From the human T2T-CHM13v2.0 reference genome, Homo sapiens: a stretch of DNA of 64,000 nucleotides. The notes under the pieces are model-generated. The model had not been told where the DNA came from. It was given only the letters and a program-made list of their open reading frames with translations, and made no database searches. The translations under genes were made by a program, and so were the position numbers. Below are positions 13,701 to 30,270 of this stretch, piece after piece. How positions within the stretch are numbered: the first letter of the stretch is position 1; every line of letters begins with the position of its first letter. The stretch is from the NCBI RefSeq assembly GCF_009914755.1, contig NC_060935.1; one strand, 5' to 3'.

Positions 13701-15819
13701 ACTCTGGCATATAAGTAATTCTGTAAAGGTTTCATATGGTCTCAAAAAGTATAATATCTAGTTGTTGACTGATGTGAGATGATAAGTATATATAGGTAGG
13801 TAGATATTCACATTTATGAATCTTGCTCAAGTATTCTTTATCTTTGCTGATTTGTGTTATATACATTTTAAAATAAAGATTAATTATTAATTTCATATTT
13901 AATAGGGATTATATGAAGATATAAGTTTATCAAGATTACATCAAGAATGAAAGCATCCATTTAAAGTGTAAAAGTCATGTGTCAAACTAAATGAGTTTGA
14001 CCAATGCATATACTATACACTGGTGAAACTAACACTTCATTACTGAAACATTTTCATCATCCCAAAGGTTTCCATGCCCCTTCCCAATCTCCTATATTCT
14101 TCTAGAGTCAGCCTCTGACCTTCTAGCACCACAGATTAATTGTGCTGTTCTACAGGTTTATATGAATGGTATTGCACAATGTGTACTCATGTCTTGTTCT
14201 GTTTGCTCAACATGACCTTTTCAAGAGTAATCCACATCATTGCATGTATCTGTGATTGATTCCTTGTTATTGATGAGTAGTGTTCCATTCTATGCATATA
14301 CCATAATTCATTTATCTGTTCATTGATTGAATAATCGGGTTGTTTTCAGTTGGAGATGCTAGTAATAAAGTTTCTATGTACATAAATATTGAGGAATAGA
14401 ATTGTTTGGTTATCTTCTATGTATAGAATTAATTTTCTCTCAAGTTGCCAAAGAGTTTTCAAAAGTGTTTGGACAATGTTATATCCCTTCTCACCAGCTA
14501 GGAATGAGAGCTCTAGTTGCTCCATGTCCTGGTCAAACATTAGTACTGTAAGTTTTTGTTTGATTGTTAGTTTGTGTTTTTCTCTTTATTTTTTCTTTTT
14601 TATATTTTAGTCATTTCAGTGTATGTGTGTGTGTACTGGTAGTTATTATGGGTTTAAGTTTCAATTCCCTGATAAATAATGATTTTAGTATCATTTTATG
14701 TGATTATTAACTACTTGTATGTTTTCTATGATATATCTGTTCAGATAGTTTTCTTATTTTTTAATTTATTATATTATCATCTGGTCAACATTATTTACAA
14801 ATTTTAGATGATAGTACACAGTTGGACAAATGTATTGTCTGTGGCTTACTCTTAATTTTTTAATGGTGCCTTTTGAAGAGTATTTTTTAATTTGGATAAA
14901 ATATAATTTATCAATATTGTATAGGTAGTTTGCTTGTATGAGGGTATTCTCTCAAGAAATCCTAGACACTCCAGTAATGAAGATCTTCTTCAGTGTTTTT
15001 TTTTTCCTCACAAGTTTAATAATTTAGTATTTATGCTTAGTTTTAAGATTTATTTCAAGTTTTTTTGATTATTTGTTTAGGTGTGAGTAGAACATTTTAG
15101 ATTTTTTGATCCTCCTTTTTTAAATTCAGGTATAATATATTTGGAATTTTACTTTGACACATGAAGTGATTTTTAAAATCATGTGTTTACTGCTTGACAT
15201 AATAAGGGACTGCATTTATAATTCATTATCCCTTATTTTATGACTGCCTTTCACACCCTCCTAGGTAGCGAATGAAAAAAGATGAAGGGAAGAGTTTAAA
15301 CATTATGATTGTTGGTTCTGTATTTGCAAGTTTGTAATTGCCCCATAATTTCTAACTGATGATTGTTGTAAGTTACAACAATTATTACTGTTGTTATTTT
15401 CAGAGTGCTAAATATTACTAATTAGATGATGTTATTTTACTTGCCCAAGCTTATTAGCTAGTAAATCATGGGGGCAGAATATGAAAACAGGCACTTAGAC
15501 TTTGAGTCTTGCTTAGTTAACACTACGTAAACATCTTTTCTCAAGCAAAGCAAAATCATCTGACCCAAGAGCCACAAACTCTCCAACGGTGGGACACTCC
15601 AGCTAGTAGCTCTGAACCGAGTACTTCTGGTGCTGTTTCATTTTAATAGCAGTTGTGAAATCTGAAGATTTCTGGAAAAATTCAAATTAGCTGATTATCA
15701 TTTAAAAACTCCAAAGATGTTCCAGTAATGTGTCTCTGTGAATCTCGGTTGATCTTAGCTGCTAGTTAATAAAGGATACTGCATTGAATCTGGGGCTGCT
15801 CTTTCTGAGTGGCTGCTCA

Positions 15820-18312
<2,493 letters not shown>

Positions 18313-18524
18313 AGAAAAACTGATGTTTATAAGGATCACTGAAGTGTTCAAAATAGAAAATAGATACTTCAATGATTTAGAATGATTAAAATTATGACTA
18401 AAATATTTTTTATAAAATAATTTGATATGTTTTAGGTTAAGATGTAAAGAACATTTAAAAAACACAAATATCACTTAGGTAAATCTATCTAGAGTTAAAA
18501 TTATTATATGGAAACCAAGGTGAT

Positions 18525-18900
18525 TGATATAGTTTGGCTTTGTGTCCCCACCAAAATACGATCTAGAATTGTAATCCCCATGTGTCAAGGGAGGGACCAG
18601 GTTGGGGGGTGATTGGATTATGGGGGCAGTTTCCCCCATGCTGTTCTCATGATACTGAGTAAGTTCTCATGAGACCTAACGGTTTTATAAGTGTTTGGCA
18701 GTTCCTCCTTTGCTCTCCCTCCCTCTTTTCCTGCTGCCTTGTGAAGACGGTACCTGCTTCTCCTTCACTTTCCACCATGATTGTAAGTTTCCTGAGGCCT
18801 CCCCACCCATACAAAATTGTGAGTTAATTAAACCTCTTTCCTTTACAAATTTCCCAGTCTTGGGTATTTATTCATAGCAGTGTGAAAACAGAGTAATACA
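18525..18900 (+). mobile_element. Solo MaLR LTR (THE1D-like)
   Basis: tgatatagtttggct...gagtaataca, 376 bp, 5-bp TSD gtgat 18520-18524 and 18901-18905. Confidence 0.9.
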
Positions 18901-19017
18901 GTGATACCTAAACCAATAATTTTCTATATGGGATACCTTTAAAAACTGAGGGAGAACAAAGATGTGTCTCTAAATACTATGTCTTTTTTTGCCGCTTTAC
19001 AAACTACTCAGAAAAAA

Positions 19018-20102
19018 ATGGAAGCAGTAAATTATTCTTCAGTGACTGAGTTCATTCTGGTTGGGCTAACAGAAGAGCCTGAGCTCCAGCTGCCCCTCTT
19101 CCTTGCCTTCCTGGGAATCTATATGGTCACAGTACTGGGGAACCTGGGCATGATCACATTGATTGGGCTCAGTTCTCACCTGCATACCCCCATGTACTAT
19201 TTCCTCAACAGTCTGTTCTTCAGGTGAACTTTGTGACAGAGAAGAACATCATCTCCTACTTGTATGCATGACTCAGCTCTACTTCTTCCTCATTTTTGCT
19301 ATTGCAGAGTGTCACGTGTTGGCTGCAATGGCGTATGACCACTGCGTTGCCATCTGTAGCCCCTTGCTGTACATTGTCGTCATGCCCTATCAGGCCTGTT
19401 TTCCCCCCTGATTTTGGGTGTTATATTATTATTTTATTTATGTATCTTTATTTTGGATTCAGGGGTACATTATAGGGTCATTATGTGGTTATATTGTGTG
19501 ATGCTAAAGTTTGGTATATGCATGTTCTAGTCATGCAAGTGCCCAAAGCAATGTTCAGATTCCATGCTATCCCTATCAAAATACATTATTTTTCACAGGT
19601 GTTATATAATTGGCCCAGTTTTGTTCATCAGCTTATACAAATATACAGCTGCATGTCTAGGGTTCAATTCTGCAAATCTGATGTGATCAATCATTATTTC
19701 TGTGATTTTCCTCCTCTCCTTAAGCTTCTTGATCTAGTACCTATGTTAACAAGTTACTGATACTGTGTGTTCATGCATTTAACATCTTAGTCCCTAGCCT
19801 GACCATCCTTAGCTCTTACGTCTTTATTATTGCCAGCATCTTCTATATTTGCTCCACTGAAGGAAATTCCAAAGTCTTTAGCATTTATGGCTCTCACATG
19901 GTGGTGGATGTGGTCTTTTAGGGTCTGCAATATTCATATACCAGTAGCTATCATCTGTCAGCTCCGAGTAGTAATGGAAAGTATCCAGTCCTCTGCGTGT
20001 TACACTACTGTTGTGCCAATGCTTAACACCCTGATCTACAACCTGAGGAATAAAGATGTCAATGTTTCCCTGGAGAAAATGCTGCAGAGAACATTACTGT
20101 AA
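19018..20102 (+). pseudogene. OR8G7P: Degraded OR8G-family pseudogene (probably OR8G7P)
   Basis: [28 protein letters not shown]...; 40-bp deletion at ~19222, several frameshifts, DRY changed to DHC, L1 insertion 19427-19597, ends [19 protein letters not shown]; splice acceptor AG lost. Symbol inferred from position. Confidence 0.75.
19427..19597 (-). mobile_element. Very short inverted L1 (L1PB/late L1PA-like) inside OR pseudogene
   Basis: Antisense L1 3' tip + T-rich tail joined to a sense ORF2 fragment; TSD ggtgttatat 19417-19426 and 19598-19607. Confidence 0.8.
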
Positions 20103-21544
20103 ACAGAAATAAAAGATGGTTTATTAAACTTAAGTGGTTGACTGTTACATTGTATGAACGGATATCTTTCATTTTAGTGCAACTGTCAATATTTTTTCTC
20201 ATTTGGTGAGATTGTATTACCATTATTTCTTCTTCTCATCATCTTTTGATGCTATTTCCCATGTGGGGTTTTATGTCATATGCATTATTGAGACACAGAT
20301 TAGAAGAAAAACTAAGAATAGCATGGATACATAGATCAATTAATGCTATCCCTGCCCCCTTACCTCTCTTATTATACACAGTTGATAAAAACTCAGCTCA
20401 GTCTCCAACCATAATGGAAATATCATCTTCCAACAGTGATACCAACCTCATTTATTCTTTCCATTCAAAAAATAACAGAAATCATGACAATGTGTTAGTT
20501 GTAATCTCTAGTTTTTGCACAATGTTAGCCTGCAGCAGTCTCTTTTCTGCCCGATTCAACTAACTAAACTTGTCTTCCTTATTTCTTCCATTATTTTTTT
20601 TTTTTTACTTCAGAAACCTATTCAAAACTTTAGAGTCAAAGTTGCAGACCCACGTGTGTGTTGTGATTGTACACTCCAGTATGCCCACTGCTTTGCCTTT
20701 TACTATTCTAATTTGTGCTGCCTGCTTATTGTCCAATGTGCCATGGGCTGTAATCTAGGATGAGATTATGAAAAAAAACTCCTTGTTGATTTTAAATGTG
20801 CAGCCATAGTAAAATCACTGATCTAGACCTACTTCATTCTCTTTAAAGACAATCAAACCTAGTGTTTTGTACGATTTTTCAGAGCTTCTAATATGTGACT
20901 TCCCATATAGTCTTTTTCAATTCCTTCATTTATTTGATGCACATTCAATATAAAATTTCATCTAATTTTATTTTGAAGAAAGTGAAAAACCATAAAAAGT
21001 AAGAAGTGGGGCACTTATATGGACTTATATGGAAACTAACTTCTCCAAAACTTAAATACTTTCTTCAGTTATAAAAATTAGGAGGCAGAATTTAAATCAA
21101 CAAAGAAACTCAAAAATTAAGTATTATATCAATCCCTAAATTATTACACCATGCTTCCTGAAATACAATTATAAACAGATTTGAATTTTCAGTCAACTAT
21201 ATAAATTACCTATTTACACACAAATTAAAACTAAATATGTCTATTTGCAAGGAAATAAAAAGTGTGTTATTTTAAAGTTTTTAACTTTATTATCAGTACA
21301 AGATAACTTGTCAGGATGTGCCTAGTCCTCTCAAGTATATTAATCACAGTGTGTGCTGTGAACTAAATTACATTAGAAGCATGTAAGAAATGCAGAATTT
21401 CAAGCTCCACTCAGACCTATTGCATTAGAATCTGCATTTTAGCAGAGATAATCCTTGTGCACAAATATTTACCACCAATTGACAATTTTAAAATTGACAG
21501 GGAATTCGTTTACAGGAAAATTAGACAACTGGGGAAATGTCAAG

Positions 21545-21963
21545 TGTAATTGCTGGTTTTTTCCAAGAATTTGGTCCCTGAGAAATGGAAATCCCGGGAG
21601 AGTATTTGTCTCCATGTTTTTTGGTACCTCGCATATCTTAACCCAGGGCAAGCCTTTATAGCACAGCAATCAGAGCTGCTCAGGTGAGGATGCTTGCCAC
21701 CCTGAAGCTGGAGAAACAAAAACTGCAAAGTCATAATTAGAAATACTGACCTGTGATGCAGACCAGCTTCAAAGTGACTCTGAGACTGAGGGCTGGGCCC
21801 TGCCCTCTCAACACTAAAGATTCCAGAATGCTGGGTGTCTATGACTCTCAACACCAACATTAATGCCATGTCAGGAAGAGAACATTCCAAGCCAACATTC
21901 TCCATGTCAGGAAGAGGAAATTGCAAGTAAAATCAAGCATTGAAGTTTTTAGGCAGTGGAAAG
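21545..21963 (+). promoter_or_regulatory. Putative promoter and non-coding exon 1 of OR8G1
   Basis: TAATTG 21547-21552, TCCCTGAGA 21575-21583, TCCCGGGAG 21592-21600, TTTATAG ~21655, strong donor AAG|GTGAGT at 21964; acceptor ttctcttcctgcag at 30254. Confidence 0.65.
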
Positions 21964-22651
21964 GTGAGTGTTTTCATCCATCACTTGTGATTTGAGACTA
22001 TTAGATCTGGAAATAATCTTTGCAAAAAATCAGGAAACTATTATTCCTCATTATCTTTACCTATTCAATTATTTATGAAATGCTCTTTTAAACCCTCTTC
22101 AGTGGGCCAGCCACTTTGCTAGTTACTAGAGATACAGAGGAGAATAGCTCGGGTCCATCACTGGGCTTATAGAATAACTCAGTCAAAGAAAATGTGCTGT
22201 CTGGAAATCAGAGTTTTTGGAGCTTACAGTAGGAAGATCAACTTAATTACAATAAACTGGACAATATTTACATGATGACTTCATTTTAAATGAGATTTGA
22301 AAAGTAAATATTTACCAGACATCAGAAAGACAGGTGTTGGTAAGACTATCTAATGTAAAAGAAATAGCTAATGAAAAGGCTCAGTGAATGTGACAGACTC
22401 TAGGAACTGAAAGAAGCGAAGTGTTCCTGTAGCCAAGGAGGAGGATCACAGGAACTAAAAGTGAAGAGGGACAAGAGATAGCATGAATCTGTGTACTTTA
22501 TCCTAAGTGTAATTAAGGCAACCTGTTCATCAGTGTCCCTGAAAGTGAATCATCATCTGATTTCTGGTCCAGTGTATTTTATGACCAGGAATAAGTAGCT
22601 CATTCAACTTCTAAGAACTCAAATACTAGAATATTTTCCTTTACATTTATT

Positions 22652-22741
22652 TTTATTTTTTTTCAGTAGTAAATAATTTATATATTTTTATTATTATTAT
22701 ACTTTAAGTTTTAGGGTACATGTGCACACTGTGCAGGTTAG
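22652..22741 (-). mobile_element. L1PA 3' tip (~60 bp) with short extra segment before the A-tail
   Basis: ttattatactttaagttttagggtacatgtgcac...; TSD ttacatttatt 22641-22651 and 22742-22752. Confidence 0.85.
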
Positions 22742-24437
22742 TTACATTTATTAAAAGATGTATTCATAAATCTTTCAAATGCCACACACAAAATTAAAGC
22801 TTATCCTTGCTCTTCTTAGGATACATGAAAATGCTCACTAATTATCTCATTGCCTGCAAATATTTCCCAAGCTCTTGACAGCTTTTGTGTGCCTTCCATC
22901 TTATCAATGTCTTTCTTTTAAAAATATATCCATTGGAAAACGATGGACTCCAGGTGTAATATGATAAGTGTGGAATGGTGCTTTCTAACCTCATGAGCAC
23001 ATAGAAGATGGTCATATTAATATGGCATAATGAAGTTACTGGATGAGAAAGCTTGTGGCTGATGGTGACCAGTGAACTGGCTCTGAATGCCACAGTCTTA
23101 TCTGTGAGAACCCGAGGGCTACAGACCAATACCTCTGAACCATTATGAACCTTTCCCTACATTTCAGTTCCATGGCATATGAGTTGGAAGCTATGTTACA
23201 GATCTTACATGGATTGCTAGTCATCATAGTCTAGCCATTATTTTTTTTATAAATGAAATCTGAATCTCCCCTTGCTTTATCCATCATCCACTATTCTATG
23301 GACTTCATTTAGTTAATACAGAAGTACACTTTTATGTTTTCTTATGAATTGTATTCAAACCAGATATGTTGTACATAAAGAATTAATCATTTAAACTAAG
23401 ACTGGAAGTTAAGTATTTTTCTCACTCAATTTTAGCTTGTTTTTTTTAGCTATTTTCAGTGTCTAGAACCAACCACATTTTGCTGGTTGTCATAATATTT
23501 TAGGACTGAAGTTACAGTAACTTGGGAATATTGTTAACCAAAGGGTGTGTGTAGACCATACCATGGGGAATTGTCAATTCCCAAATCCATGTATAACTCA
23601 CAAAAAGAAAGTTTCACAGTTTAATTCCATAGAACTCTTCCCAGCTGTAATCCCTACTATGATGATTACAATTAATCAAAAATGTAAATGACTAAAAAAG
23701 TAGAGAAAAATGCTTTTGATATTCATGATGTTCAGTGACCTTACCTTATTCTTTGATATTATATAATTTATAACCCTACTTAGCTGGCTTTGGTCAGACC
23801 TTTTATTGCTACTGTCATATATACCCAATTTTTAACACGCAGGAGTAAACATAATAGACCAGGAGCCCTATATTTTTTATTTGTTCTTGTATTAACAGAA
23901 GACTATATTTTGTGTACATGTAAAGTATTTTTCAGAGCCTCATATTGATCCTATAGTGATCACATGAGGACACATAAATAATAGAAAATACATTTTTAAA
24001 TGTATATATAACAGAATAGCTCTGAATTCGTTCGGGAAACCATTCAAAAGTTGCATGCCTCTCTAACTTTACTTCAGTTATTGAAATAATTGACACATCA
24101 TCCCTTATTATGGTGAATATTAGACTTAGTATCAAGTCTCTACAACAGTATTTCTCTTCTTCTTAACACAGTCCTGTTGGGTTGTATAAACAATCAATTC
24201 ACGTATTCATTGTATTGGCTATTTCTTCCAGTTTTATTTTATCTGTACATTAAATGATCACTCATTTCCATTTTAATCTTAACTAAATTATTGAAAACAT
24301 TGTTAACAGGATAGAATTAGATTGAGAGTTCTATTAAAGCAGGGAATGTGTCATTTTACTTTTCATGCATTTTGGCTTCGGGTCAGTATTCGACCCCTTG
24401 TCTCTCAGTAATGATGGCTGAATAAAAGAGCGAGCTA

Positions 24438-24540
24438 GAATAGGTGCAGCAAACCACCATGGCACATGTATATCTATGTAACAAACCTGCACATTCTGCA
24501 CATGTATCCCAGAACTTAAAATAAAAATTAAAAAATAACA
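24438..24540 (+). mobile_element. L1PA 3' tip
   Basis: ggtgcagcaaaccaccatggcac...cccagaacttaaaataaaa; imperfect TSD aaaaga..gagctaga. Confidence 0.8.
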
Positions 24541-24552
24541 AAAGAAAGAGCT

Positions 24553-24767
24553 AGAGAGAGAATGAGGAAAGGATGGAGAGAGGGAGAGAGAGATGGAGAG
24601 AGAACAAGGAAAGGATGGAGAGAGGGAGAGAGAGATGGAGAGAGAACGAGGAAAGGATGGAGAGAGGGAGAGAGAGATGGAGAGAGAACGAGGAAAGGAT
24701 GGAGAGAGGGAGAGAGAGATGGAGAGAGAATGAGGAAAGGATGGAGAGAGGGAGAGAGAGATGGAGA
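24553..24767. repeat. 42-bp purine-rich minisatellite, ~5 copies
   Basis: Unit (t/c)gaggaaaggatggagagagggagagagagatggagagagaa; matches the 14-aa periodicity in the ORF track. Confidence 0.95.
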
Positions 24768-25606
24768 AGCAGGGTGGGAAGAGCTTCAGAAGAACTAGAA
24801 ACAAAATGTTTACTGGAACTATTCTACAAAGACTAAGATGTCTCTAGGGAACAGGACTAAGCACATAGGGAGGTGATTCAGGAACTTTTATTTTTAATTA
24901 TAATCATATTTACATTTTTACATTCATCAATTTTTATGAATACTATGATCTCCCTAGGTGACTCTGATGATTAACCATATTGGGAAATCCCTGAATTGAT
25001 AAACACTGTTTGTGTTTAAATATGTCCTACATCTGGCTGTAAAGCAACAGAGCCATGTTACTCGGTCTTACTCATGAGCATGTTGTGAGAGCCTGTGCAA
25101 CCTGCCTGTATAAAATAAAGATGAACTATGTCTATGGCACATCTATATTGAGCAACTGAAACATTGGCTATGACAAAAAAAGTTCCCTGATTTGAAACAA
25201 GTTACATCCTAGAAAGGAAGGCAATTACTGATCCTATGTAAGGATGTTAAGTGAAGACAGATTCAAGGAGAAAATGGTATGGAGTGTGAAGGCTAGCACA
25301 TTTATGATAACCACCTTGAGTTTCTGGAGTACAATATAACATATTGAGATCCAGTATCTTAATTCTACTCCCATATCGGGCTAAATTGAATTTTTTTCAT
25401 AAATCTAAAGAGATTACCAGAAGTAGCCAATGATCCCTTCAGTGCTTTGTTGGTGTCTTAACATATTGATGATCTGTTTAGATGTTCTGTTCAGGAACTG
25501 TATTATGTTGAGTCTATCCATAAGTTTGAGAGAATTAATATCTTTGCAACACTGAGTCATTAAATTATGAATAGGAAAAATTCTTAACCTTATTAAGAAT
25601 TTCTTT

Positions 25607-26826
<1,220 letters not shown>

Positions 26827-29800
26827 TCAGAAATATTTGGAAGTTTCATTCTATAAACATTGCATGTATTTTGTTAATTTTATTCCTAGGTATTTGATGC
26901 TAGCTTATTGCTATTTTACGTGATACTATTTTTAAATTTGTATTTTATTTGTAGCTTCTTAAAAATACATTTTAATGTAAAGATACCTAAAGATCAAATG
27001 GAAGAGAATGGAGAATAATGTGATTTGCAAACACTATCAGTGATGATATACTATCAGAAAAAGGAAAGTTTAGGCAAGATACATTACTAAATCGTAATTG
27101 ATAAGGGGTTAGATCCAAGGATTGAACAATTAAAGGAAGAAGTATAAAAATCAGAAATTTTAGTGGGAGACATTGACATACCTCACTAAATAGCTATTGG
27201 AATAGTAAACAAGAGAAAAAAAACACTATGCACAAGAAAAATCTAAACAACATAATTAATGCATTAGATATAATTGAAATATATAGATCACATGACCCTC
27301 CAAAGACAGACAACATATTCTTTAAGATGTACTGAAATATTTACAAAAATTGACCATATGCTGTATTATAAAGTCTCAGTAATTTGCAATGATTTACATA
27401 ATTCAGTTTGTATTCATTGATTACAATGAAATTACAATAGATGTATTTTTGAAAGAAATAGCTAAAAAAAAAAAAAGCCCCACATCTGTAATGATAACAA
27501 TTCACTTCTGTATAATCCTTGCAACGATGAAAAAACTGAAACAAAAATTATAAAATATTTTAAACTTAATAATATCATAAATTTTGTATACCAAACCTTG
27601 CGAGATCCAGCTAAAGTGGGGTTCAGATGGAAATTTATAACTTATATGTACACATTAGAAAAGAATAAAAGTTGAATTGTTGATTCAAGCTTCCACTTCA
27701 AGAGGTTAGGGAAAAAAATAGGAAATCATACTAAAGAAATGTGTAAAGAATATAATAAAGTTTTTAGAAACAACTAAAGTAGAAATAAATATATCACTCA
27801 TAAAATTAACATACCCAAAAGTTAATTTACTTTATTTGAGTAATACAATTGGAAAATTTCTAGAATGGTTGATCGAGACAAAAATGGAACCATAAATTAC
27901 TGATTTTAGGAATCAGAAAAAAGAAATTGCTGCATAGTCTACAATTATGTTTAGATGTTAAAGAAACAATTACCAAAAAAGAAGAAGAATACAATATATT
28001 TGATCATTTGCAAAGTGGGCAAGCATTTTCAAATTTAAATTTAGGAAAGTTGAGAAGAAAGATAAGATCTGAATAGTAATATCTATTAAATAAATTCAAT
28101 CCATTACTAAAAATTCTCACAGAGAGAAAACCGTAAGTCTAGATTGCTATACTGGTGAATACTTCCAAACATTTAAGGTATTTTGGGGCAATCTATTCCA
28201 AAAAATATGTTTTTGAGATTTGTGTTATTGCATGTATTTGTGATATGTTCCTTTTAAAATATAGAGTAATATTTTATGTGTGTGTGCATATAAGACAGAG
28301 AGAGGAAGAGAGAGAGGGAGAGAGAATTGTAGTATAGGTGTATACTACATCTCATTTATGTATTCATCTGTTGATAATGTTTTGGTTTTTTCCAGTTTGG
28401 GGCTCTTATGAATAAGGCTGTCATGAACATTTTTGTATAAATCTTCATGTAGACAAACGTTTACATTTTTCTTGGGTAAGTACTGAGGAGCAGAATTATT
28501 ATATTGCACAGTGTCTGTTTAAATTTATACTAAATTGCCAACATCTTTTCCAAAGTGGTTGGACAATTTTACACCTCCCCCAAATTTTATAAGTCCAGTT
28601 ACTTCACACCAACATTTGGTATTGTTGGAGTTGTTTCATTTAACCCATTCCAATACAGGTGTGCAGAGCTGTATCACTATGGTTTTAACTTTCATTTCTT
28701 TGATGACTGACATTGAGCATATTTTCATATACTTAAGGACTATTCATACATATTTTTGTAAGGAATTTGTTCGGATATTTTCCTGTTTTTAAAATTTTCT
28801 TGCCTTCATATTAATTGTAAATATTATTTATATATTTTGAATAAAAGCCCTTTTTCAGATATATGTATTTCCATAGAATTGCCTTCTCATTTTCTTAATA
28901 CTATCTTTTGAAGAACAGCTTTTAATTTTGATGACATACAAATTAAGTATTTGTATGGTTTTTTGTTTGTTTGCTTTGGGTTTTGTTTATGTGTGTCTGT
29001 GTGTGTGTGTGTATCCTTTCTAAGAAAGCTTAAATTTTAAAATCTCAAAGAATTTCTCTAGCATTTTCTTCCAGATATTTTATAGTTTAGCCTTTCTGTT
29101 TATATCTGTATTTTAGTTTTTTTATAGAAGTAAGATATACAATTTTAGGTTTTCCATATATAATATTCTTTGTAATTTAACTCTAAGCCATTTGAAATTT
29201 TACTTTGGCACATGCAATGAGTAATTTGCCTGATCATAGTTTAACAGAATAAATAACTATATTTTAAATTCCATATATTCTAAATGTATGCCTGTTTTTT
29301 GTACTTCTTCCTAATTCACAAAAGTTAAAAGAAGAGAAAAAAAATGGAGGTATTTTTATCTGTTTCTGTAATTTGAATGAGTAAAATGGCTTATTTTCCA
29401 ATTGACAGAATATGAATAGGTAACAAATACAATGATGATCTTGCTTACTTTCTGATTAATAAGTCTGCCAATTTTATTAATAGGTAGGTAATATTTTTAT
29501 TTATCTTTCACAGATTTGGAGTCAAGACACAAACGGGTTATTTAACTTATCCACGGGTATCATTAGTAAATGATAGAGTCAGAAAGCAAACATAGGCACT
29601 TTGAGTTTAAGGCCTGTCCATTTAACCACTACTAACACAGCTTCCCTCAAATAATGGCAGAAGTGCTTGGTCCAGAGACCATAAACCAGATAACTGTGGG
29701 CCAGTCCAGCTCGTGTTAAATTTATACAATTATTGTTATAGAGATTGTTTCATAGTAATAATATTTTAAAATATGAAAATTTTATGTATAAATCGAGATT

Positions 29801-30270
29801 TCTTGATAATTACATTAAAAATGGAAAAATCTGACAGTAATATCTCTGTTCACCCCTCCCAGAAATTAGTTTCAGGTAATTAAAGTTTACCATCCTTAGG
29901 CAGGGTTTGTTCTCTCCAAGTTGTCATGAGTTCAACTCATTTATATTGGCTTATATTAATATTTAAGTTAGTGAGTCTAAACTTAGAAATATTGGCTTAA
30001 AATCACTGAAATATTTAAAAGAAGAAAGGGATACTTAGAAAGTGTTCAATGATAAAAATGGCTAAAATATTTTACATGAAACACATTTATTATATTTGAA
30101 AATAAGATTAAATAAATATTATTTGAGGTAAACTTTACTTACTCAAAGGGGATACCTAAAGCATGAATATCTGGGAACCTTTTCTAAATGAAGAATAATA
30201 AAGTCCCTCCCACAACCATGGGGTTTTTTTGTTTTGTTTTTTCTCTTCCTGCAGAAACTGACTGGAGGAG

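Noticed and set aside
21540-21926. Antisense ORFs recurring at the four promoter blocks (1142, 8180, 21540, 36870/37126)
   Set aside because: Frames, starts and stops are not conserved among paralogues; similarity reflects duplicated non-coding DNA
24334-24836. ORFs with 14-aa repeats on both strands
   Set aside because: Translation of the 42-bp minisatellite; no coding evidence
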